DNA of 64,000 nt from Verrucomicrobiia bacterium (GTDB lineage Bacteria > Verrucomicrobiota > Verrucomicrobiia > Limisphaerales > UBA11358), in the NCBI GenBank assembly GCA_035943555.1, contig DASZCA010000400.1, forward strand, positions 1,883 through 65,882, read 5' to 3'. Made by a program: the position numbers and the translations under genes. Shown here one piece after another: positions 57,469 to 64,000 of the stretch. Every line of letters starts with the position of its first letter. Positions within the stretch are counted from its first letter, which is position 1. The notes below the pieces were generated by a model that worked only from the letters and a program-made list of their open reading frames with translations, did no database searches and was not told where the DNA came from.

Positions 57469-58587
57469 ATGAAACGAGCTGCGCATCAAAATCTGATGGT
57501 TCAAGCGTCGCAGTGGATTCAAGCGATTGGGGTCACATTAATTATTCTCGTGGTCGGCTGCTGCTCATCAACTGTCCGCGCATTCACGTCTGCCGACGCT
57601 GACATTGCATTCGATGCCCACACGTCGGCTTTTTACCGGATGACGAATGGCGGTGCTTTCTACCAAAAAAGCACCGAGGGAAACAAATTGGCTGATTTTT
57701 GGACGGAAGCCGAGCAATTGGAAATGGTGCTGGACACATACGAACGAACCACTAATGCGCAGCAGCTCACAATGTTCACTAATCTGGTTGATGGATTCCT
57801 TGCCGAACACGGCATGATTTGGGGGCACAATCCATACAACGATGACATCATGTGGATGGTGATTGCTCTGACGCGGGCGCATGAGCTCACCGGAAATCTC
57901 GAGTTTCTTGCCGTGGCGCGGACGAATTTTGACCTATGCTACGGGCGGGCGGCTTCAACAAACCTCGGTGGTGGTTTGTGGTGGAAGGTGGATGTCCGTT
58001 CAAAAAACGCTTGTGTGAACGGTCCCGGATCCATCGCAGCCTTTCTACTAGGCAAGGCTACGGGTAAAATTAGTTATTATATTATTGCTACAAATCTTTT
58101 TCTTTGGGAACGCTCGACTTTGTTTGATGCGACGACGGGGAAGATTTCTGACAGCATCCAAGAAGACGGGAGGGTGGCGCATTTTGCTTTGACCTACAAT
58201 CAGGGAACCTTTGTAGGTGCGGCAAATTTCCTTGGTTATACTAACGAGGCGCGACTGGCGGCGCTCTACACCATGGATCAAATGTGTAACGATGGTTATT
58301 TGCCCGACTACGGTGAGGAAGGCGACGGTGGCGGTTTCAATGGAATAGGGGTGCGTTGGATTGCAAAGTTCATGAAAGATCGTGACGAGCAGGCTGTATT
58401 TGAGGCCTGGTTGCAAAAAAATGCGGAGGAGGCTTGGAAGGTCCGCCGCATGTCTGACAATCTTTCTTGGTGCCGCTGGCCGCAACCAACACCCCAAGGT
58501 CAAAGGTATTCCTGGGGGTGCAGCAGTGCGGTGGTAATGCTGCAATTGGTTCGTCCGACGGAAACGGCGAAAATGCGCTCAAAATGA
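57469..58587 (+). CDS. GH76-family alpha-1,6-mannanase-like protein
   Basis: The start is at MKRAAHQNLMVQASQWIQAIGVTLIILVVGCC. The GH76-like pattern is NDDIMWMVIALTRAHELTGN..GGGLWW..LTYNQGTFVGAANFLG. Confidence 0.75.
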   Translation: MKRAAHQNLMVQASQWIQAIGVTLIILVVGCCSSTVRAFTSADADIAFDAHTSAFYRMTNGGAFYQKSTEGNKLADFWTEAEQLEMVLDTYERTTNAQQLTMFTNLVDGFLAEHGMIWGHNPYNDDIMWMVIALTRAHELTGNLEFLAVARTNFDLCYGRAASTNLGGGLWWKVDVRSKNACVNGPGSIAAFLLGKATGKISYYIIATNLFLWERSTLFDATTGKISDSIQEDGRVAHFALTYNQGTFVGAANFLGYTNEARLAALYTMDQMCNDGYLPDYGEEGDGGGFNGIGVRWIAKFMKDRDEQAVFEAWLQKNAEEAWKVRRMSDNLSWCRWPQPTPQGQRYSWGCSSAVVMLQLVRPTETAKMRSK

Positions 58588-58820
58588 AATACCACAAGCG
58601 AACGGAGATGAGAAGCGTCGCCCATGCCAAAATTAACATGAGTAAGCCAAGCCTGGAGCGCTGCGATTTCTTAAGATGCACTTCTCCCGATGCGTTTTTG
58701 CACTCGACTAAAACAATCCTGGGAACCGATCTTGCTCTCGTCTCCATTCTGCGGCCGATTTCCTTCCGTATCCAGATGAAACAATAATTTTAAAATGAAC
58801 AAATTGAACTCAACGAAACT

Positions 58821-59924
58821 ATGAATACTATCCCGCGTTCTTTGCTTGCGGTATTTTCCATCATTGGAATGACCGCCGCCTTGACAGTTTGTCACACCAC
58901 CGTAGCCGCATCTTCCTCGGCGACACCGTGCATGGATGCACTTGAACGTTTCACCTCCGCTGACGTGCCGACGATTGGGCCGGATGAAACCGAGTCACCG
59001 GCCGGCCGCTGGACGAACGGAATCACGCCTCCCAACCTGCCGGGCAGCGGCTTGGCGCAGCACCCGATGCTGATTGTCGGTGAGAATTACGACAAGATGT
59101 TCGTCATCAAGGATGGTAAAGTGATTTGGAGCTATTCCACTGGTAAGAGCTACGAATATGACGATGTGTGGATGCTTTCCAATGGTAACATTCTCTTTTC
59201 TCGCATGGAATATGCCGCCGAAATCACGCCGGACAAGAAAGTGGTCTGGCGCTATGATTGCAACAAAGCTTCGGGCACGAACCACACTGAAATCCACACC
59301 TGCCAGCCTATTGGCCGGGACAAGGTCATGATTGTCGTGAACGGCCTGCCGCCCAAGTTAAAAATTATCAACACCAAGACCGGCATGGTCGAGCTTGATC
59401 ATGAACTTCCATTTAGTCAACCGCCCAATCCGGGTGGCATTCATGGACAGTTCCGGCGTGCACGTGTCACCCCCGAAGGCACCTATCTTGTTTCCGTGTT
59501 CGGGCTCGGCTATGTCGCGGAGTATGACAAAAATTTCAAAGAAATCTGGAATTACAAAATAAAATTGCCTTGGGCCGCCATCCGCCTCAAGAACGGCAAC
59601 ACATTGATCACCGATGAGGCGGATAGCCTTACACGTGAAGTCGATCCCAAAGGCGTCACGGTTTGGGAATTCGACACCAAAAAAGATCTGCCGCCCGAAT
59701 ACCAGTTTGCTTCCGCACCGCAGACCTGTACCCGGCTGGCCAACGGTAATACCATCTTTACATCTCGCGGCGACAATGGGAAAGGACCCCAGCTGATCGA
59801 AGTAACCCCTGACAAAAAAGTTGTCTGGGTGTTGCAAGATTGGAAAACCTTCGATGGCATAACCGCCGTGCAGGTTTTGGATGATCCGGGCATACCAGAA
59901 ATTCCGGGAGAATCTGAACATTAA
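58821..59924 (+). CDS. Secreted beta-propeller-like protein of unknown function (paralogue B)
   Basis: Signal peptide MNTIPRSLLAVFSIIGMTAALTV. It is homologous along its whole length to 56348-57349. Confidence 0.55.
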   Translation: MNTIPRSLLAVFSIIGMTAALTVCHTTVAASSSATPCMDALERFTSADVPTIGPDETESPAGRWTNGITPPNLPGSGLAQHPMLIVGENYDKMFVIKDGKVIWSYSTGKSYEYDDVWMLSNGNILFSRMEYAAEITPDKKVVWRYDCNKASGTNHTEIHTCQPIGRDKVMIVVNGLPPKLKIINTKTGMVELDHELPFSQPPNPGGIHGQFRRARVTPEGTYLVSVFGLGYVAEYDKNFKEIWNYKIKLPWAAIRLKNGNTLITDEADSLTREVDPKGVTVWEFDTKKDLPPEYQFASAPQTCTRLANGNTIFTSRGDNGKGPQLIEVTPDKKVVWVLQDWKTFDGITAVQVLDDPGIPEIPGESEH

Positions 59925-60015
59925 ACGTGAACGAAATCTGGCCCGATTTGAAGAGGCAGGTTAGGTTTGTAAGATTTGATGATGCGCCTAAAAATGTCGG
60001 TATCAGAAACAGAGA

Positions 60016-63000
60016 ATGAAGATTTATCATCTGGTAAAAATTTTAATTGGGATTCTGGTTTTGGCCAGCGGTGATGTCAACGCAGAACCCGTACTGACCT
60101 ATCATAATAATAATGCCCGCACAGGTGCGAATACCAATGAGATGTTATTGACGCCGGCCAATGTGAATACCAACACCTTCGGCCTGCTAATGAAATATGA
60201 AGTGGATGGGTATGCCTATGCCCAGCCGCTGTATGTTTCCGGTCTGGCGATTCCGGGGAAGGGCAAGCGCAACGTGGTGTTCGTGGCGACGGCGAACGAC
60301 AGCGTTTATGCTCTCGACGCAGATAGCAATACCGGACCGAATGGTGGGTTATTGTGGCACGACGATTTGGGCGGGGGCATCGACCTAGTAGACCATCACG
60401 AATTTGGCGGCCGGTATCATAACAACGTTTTTCAGGACATGTTGCCCCGGATCGGCATCACCGGAACACCCGTGATTGATCCGGTTTCCGGAACGCTTTA
60501 TGTTGACGCATTCACGCGTACGGAGAGTGATGGCGGCCCCAGTTTTCACCATAAAATCCATGCCTTGAGCATCTGTGACGGTTCGGAACGTCCCTTCAGC
60601 CCAGTAGAGGTCACTGCGTCTGTTGCGGGCACAGGGATTGGGAGTTCCAACGGTGTTGTGACATTTGATCCACGCCAGCACATTCAACGTCCGGCCCTAA
60701 CGCTCGCTGCCGGAGTTTTATATGTGGCCTATGGCAGTGCGGCGGACACGGATCCTTATCACGGCTGGATCATCGGTTATGACGCCAGCAATCTGCGACA
60801 GTTGACCAACCAAATCTTCAACACCACGCCCAATGCAGCGCGGGCGCAATTTGGGTCGCACGCGGGCGAAGGCGCCTTGTGGATGGGCGGTGACGGATTG
60901 TGCGTGGATGCGGACAACAATCTGTATTTTGAGGTGGCCAACGGCAGCTTTGACGCGGATCCGTCATTGGGCAACGGGGTAAATTATGGGGACAGCTTCA
61001 TGAAGTTGTCGACCGCCGGCAACCGTTTGACGGTGGCAGATTATTTCACGCCCTTCAATCAGGCGAAAATGCAGGCGGATGACGCGGATTTCGGTTCGGG
61101 TGGCCCGCTGCTGTTGCCGGATGAAGCAGGTGGTGCGCAGCATCCGCACCTAATCGTTGGCGGTGACAAATCCAGCACCATTTATCTGGCGGACCGCGAT
61201 AACATGGGCCACTACAACCCCACGAACAACCATCAGCTCGTGCAACAGGTCAATGCCAACGTGGGTAGGATTTTCAGCACGCCTGCCTATTTAAATTTTC
61301 ATATATATTATCAAGGCATTGGCGGTGTTCTGAAGGCTTACACCATCACGAACGGTTACATCACCCCCAAACCAGATTCTACGACCAAGACCAGCTTCAG
61401 CGGTTTTGGCACCACACCATCGGTATCTGCCAATGGCACCAGCAATGCGATTATCTGGACGATCCAATCTGATGGCGCGGTTCGTGGGCAGCCCGCGATT
61501 TTGCATGCTTACAACGCGACGAATCTGTCCATCGAGCTGTACAGCAGCAGCCAGATGCCGGAGCGGGATGATCCCGGCAAAGCGGTCAAGATGAGCGTGC
61601 CGACCGTGGCCGATGGCAAAGTTTTTGTCGGCGCGCAATCTTCACTGGCAATCTTTGGAAATGGACACTTTCTACCTGCTCCTTCCATCTCCCCCGAAGG
61701 CGGCAATTTTATCGAGTCTACAACCGTCAATCTTGCCGATGCCGAGCCCGGCGCAAGCATTTATTACACCATTGATGGCACCACGCCGACAGTCAGATCC
61801 CTCCATTACGAGGGGCCATTTGTCCTGACCAATACGGTGGATATCCGGGCTATCGCCATAAAATCCGGCGCAGTGAACAGCGGTATTGGTTCTGCCGCCT
61901 TTGTGAATATGGCGGCGGGTGGCGGCGGCCGGGGATTGCTCGGACAATACTGGGCCATTGCCGGTGGTGCAGCTTTCAATGATCAAACATTCGTTACGGC
62001 ACCAGCTATCAAGCGCATAGATGGGGATGTTGATTTTGATTGGAGTTCAAATGCGCCGGATCCGCTCATCGGCCGGACCAATTTCGTCGCTCGTTGGACC
62101 GGTTCGCTGCAATCGCAATATGACGACGCCTACGAACTAGGGGTCATTGCCTCTGGAGGTACGCGGCTTTGGGTCAATGGCAAATTAATTATTGATGATT
62201 GGACGGCGCATTCGTCATCTGTCACCAACCGCGGCTTGGTCGCACTGAAGGCGCAACAGTTTTATAATATTCAACTGAATTATTTGCAACGGTATGGCGG
62301 CGTGGTGCGTCTACAATGGCGGAGGCCGTCCGCCGAATTTGCGACCATTCCCCAAACGCAACTTTATCCATCCACAAATCCGCCACCCGCCGTCGCCATG
62401 ATCCGACCGGTATACGATGCCAGCTATGCTGCCAGCGCCAGCGTAAATGTTGTCGCCGAGGTGACGGCCATTCATAACCAACTCGCCAAAATCGAATTTT
62501 TCGCCAATGGTAAATCACTGGGCAGTTTGGATCACAGCGTTTATGCTCCTGACTACGCGCTCACGGTAACAGGATTGGCGGAGGGTCGTTACATTTTGAC
62601 AACTGTTGTCACGGATGGCAGCGGGCTGACCAGCACTTCTGCGCCGGTGCACTTGACTGTGACCGCCGGCAGCGGATTACCTTACGGACTGACGAGCCGG
62701 CCAAAAGTGACGCCGTCACTCAAAATGCCAGCCGCTTTCAACGCTTCAGTTCCGCCCTTGCTTTCCGATACCGGCATATTCAATGACACGGCCAGCCGCA
62801 CGCCGGCCACCGGATTGATTCCTTATATCCTCAACGTGCCGATGTGGTCCGATGGCGCAGTGGAAAGCAATTTTATGGCGATGCCGAACCGCGGCGGCAA
62901 CATCACGCCGGAAGAACAACTGCGGTTTCGTCCGACCGGCCCCTGGATATTCCCAGACGGCACCGTCTTCATCAAGAACCTCGATCTTGCAGTAGATGAA

Positions 63001-63720
63001 ACGCATGCAAACGTGCCGCATCGCCGGATGGAGACACAGATTCTCGTCCGCGATAGCAGCGGCGCGGTTTATGGAGCGACCTACAAATGGCGTCCCGACA
63101 ACCGCGAAGCCGACCTGGTTACGGCGGGTTTGAGTGAAGACATAGCCATCACCACAGCCAGCGGCGTGCGCACGCAGACCTGGTATTATGATAGCCCGGC
63201 GGATTGTTTAACCTGCCATACACCCGGAGCCGGTTACGTTCTTGGCGTTAATACTCGCCAGCTGAATGGCAATTTCACCTACCCGGCCAGTGGAATCACC
63301 GACAATCAGCTCCGCACTTTGAACCGGTTGGGACTGTTCAGTCCCGCTGTTGACGAAACAAAGATAGCTGGCTTCACGAAGCTCGCCACGTTGACAGAGG
63401 CGAAAGCCACTCTGTCTGACCGCGTCCGCTCCTATCTTGACGTCAATTGCGCACAATGCCACATGCCCGGTGGAGTTGGAAACTATGATGCCCGTTACGA
63501 TACCCCCCCTGCCGACCAACGCATTATCAACGCGGTTGCAGCGGTTACTCTGGGTCTGGTTGATGCCCGCATTGTGAAGCCGGCAGATACCGAACATTCT
63601 GTCCTATACCAGCGCATCACCAGCGTGGTGCCTGCGATAAAAATGCCACCACTTTCGCATAATCGAGTGGACACCAAAGCTGTGCAGGTAATCAGCGATT
63701 GGATAAACAATCTGCCATAA
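60016..63720 (+). CDS. Secreted fusion protein: PQQ-like beta-propeller, CHB_HEX_C-like module, PA14 domain, Ig-like module, C-terminal domain with two CXXCH haem-c motifs
   Basis: Signal peptide MKIYHLVKILIGILVLASGDVNA. The N-terminus is LTYHNNNARTGANTNE..YAQPLYV (PQQ-like propeller proteins). The middle contains IYYTIDGTTP and a PA14-like GLLGQYW..FVARWTGSL..LWVNGKLIIDDW. CLTCH is encoded at 63205-63219 and CAQCH at 63448-63462, with a terminal ..IKMPP. Confidence 0.75.
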   Translation: MKIYHLVKILIGILVLASGDVNAEPVLTYHNNNARTGANTNEMLLTPANVNTNTFGLLMKYEVDGYAYAQPLYVSGLAIPGKGKRNVVFVATANDSVYALDADSNTGPNGGLLWHDDLGGGIDLVDHHEFGGRYHNNVFQDMLPRIGITGTPVIDPVSGTLYVDAFTRTESDGGPSFHHKIHALSICDGSERPFSPVEVTASVAGTGIGSSNGVVTFDPRQHIQRPALTLAAGVLYVAYGSAADTDPYHGWIIGYDASNLRQLTNQIFNTTPNAARAQFGSHAGEGALWMGGDGLCVDADNNLYFEVANGSFDADPSLGNGVNYGDSFMKLSTAGNRLTVADYFTPFNQAKMQADDADFGSGGPLLLPDEAGGAQHPHLIVGGDKSSTIYLADRDNMGHYNPTNNHQLVQQVNANVGRIFSTPAYLNFHIYYQGIGGVLKAYTITNGYITPKPDSTTKTSFSGFGTTPSVSANGTSNAIIWTIQSDGAVRGQPAILHAYNATNLSIELYSSSQMPERDDPGKAVKMSVPTVADGKVFVGAQSSLAIFGNGHFLPAPSISPEGGNFIESTTVNLADAEPGASIYYTIDGTTPTVRSLHYEGPFVLTNTVDIRAIAIKSGAVNSGIGSAAFVNMAAGGGGRGLLGQYWAIAGGAAFNDQTFVTAPAIKRIDGDVDFDWSSNAPDPLIGRTNFVARWTGSLQSQYDDAYELGVIASGGTRLWVNGKLIIDDWTAHSSSVTNRGLVALKAQQFYNIQLNYLQRYGGVVRLQWRRPSAEFATIPQTQLYPSTNPPPAVAMIRPVYDASYAASASVNVVAEVTAIHNQLAKIEFFANGKSLGSLDHSVYAPDYALTVTGLAEGRYILTTVVTDGSGLTSTSAPVHLTVTAGSGLPYGLTSRPKVTPSLKMPAAFNASVPPLLSDTGIFNDTASRTPATGLIPYILNVPMWSDGAVESNFMAMPNRGGNITPEEQLRFRPTGPWIFPDGTVFIKNLDLAVDETHANVPHRRMETQILVRDSSGAVYGATYKWRPDNREADLVTAGLSEDIAITTASGVRTQTWYYDSPADCLTCHTPGAGYVLGVNTRQLNGNFTYPASGITDNQLRTLNRLGLFSPAVDETKIAGFTKLATLTEAKATLSDRVRSYLDVNCAQCHMPGGVGNYDARYDTPPADQRIINAVAAVTLGLVDARIVKPADTEHSVLYQRITSVVPAIKMPPLSHNRVDTKAVQVISDWINNLP

Positions 63721-63895
63721 CTCCCGATGAATAATAGCAGGCGCCTGATTTTGAAGCCATTTTGGTCAGTCAGGTTTCTAAAAATGAGGTTGAGGCTAAC
63801 CACACAAGCGCCGCGGGGCAGTGTTCTATAATTAGAGGAAATGGCATCAGCCCGGATGGGCTTAAAGTTAATATGAGTGAATATTTGATGAAGCA

Positions 63896-63915
63896 TTAGT
63901 CTCTATGGCCTATTC
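63896..63915 (+). promoter_or_regulatory. Conserved upstream motif, copy B (TTAGTCTCTATGGCCTATTC)
   Basis: It sits in non-coding DNA after the last gene and faces out of the window. A TAAAAT -10-like hexamer begins 19 nt after the core. The first 19 nt are the exact reverse complement of 11042-11060. Confidence 0.45.
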
Positions 63916-64000
63916 GAATTAAATATGGTGTGCTAAAATTTACAGCCATATTCATTAAAGTCGAAAGTAGTAGCGCTGCGATTTCCTTAACTGACTTAAT

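Overview
This 64-kb window looks like a Verrucomicrobiota/PVC-type chromosome. That call is inferred from a DUF1559-type prepilin-like protein, an ECF sigma plus Ser/Thr kinase pair, and giant LamG/Ig/PATR secreted proteins. Nearly the whole window is a carbohydrate-utilisation region built around an alpha-mannoside toolkit. It holds two GH92 genes plus one truncated remnant, one GH38, one GH125, two GH76 and four GH2 enzymes (one cut by the window edge). It also holds SGNH and SASA-type esterases, one intact FucP/GluP-type MFS permease and one decayed ExuT-type MFS permease. A complete fructose-family PTS is present (IIC, IIB and a fused HPr-EI-IIA), together with an AraC-type regulator, a HupE/UreJ-like permease and a small cupin. 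I saw no SusC/SusD pair, rRNA, tRNA, CRISPR array, transposase or integrase. All family calls come from motifs I recognise in the translations, not from searches. The observations most worth a second look are: (1) a ~75-aa extreme C-terminal module, near-identical on three unrelated secreted enzymes in one gene string and more divergent on two others, with a prepilin-like gene embedded in the string; (2) a motif with core TGGCCTATT(G/C), found four times, always intergenic and always pointing at the downstream gene; (3) a Frw/Fry-like PTS sitting inside the mannosidase gene string; (4) a 1234-aa secreted fusion of a PQQ-like propeller, a PA14 domain and a two-CXXCH domain; (5) a LamG module inserted into a GH2 sugar-binding domain and flanked by a duplicated NTTVTT motif; (6) three independently decayed genes, including a GH92 remnant now read through into a SASA esterase.
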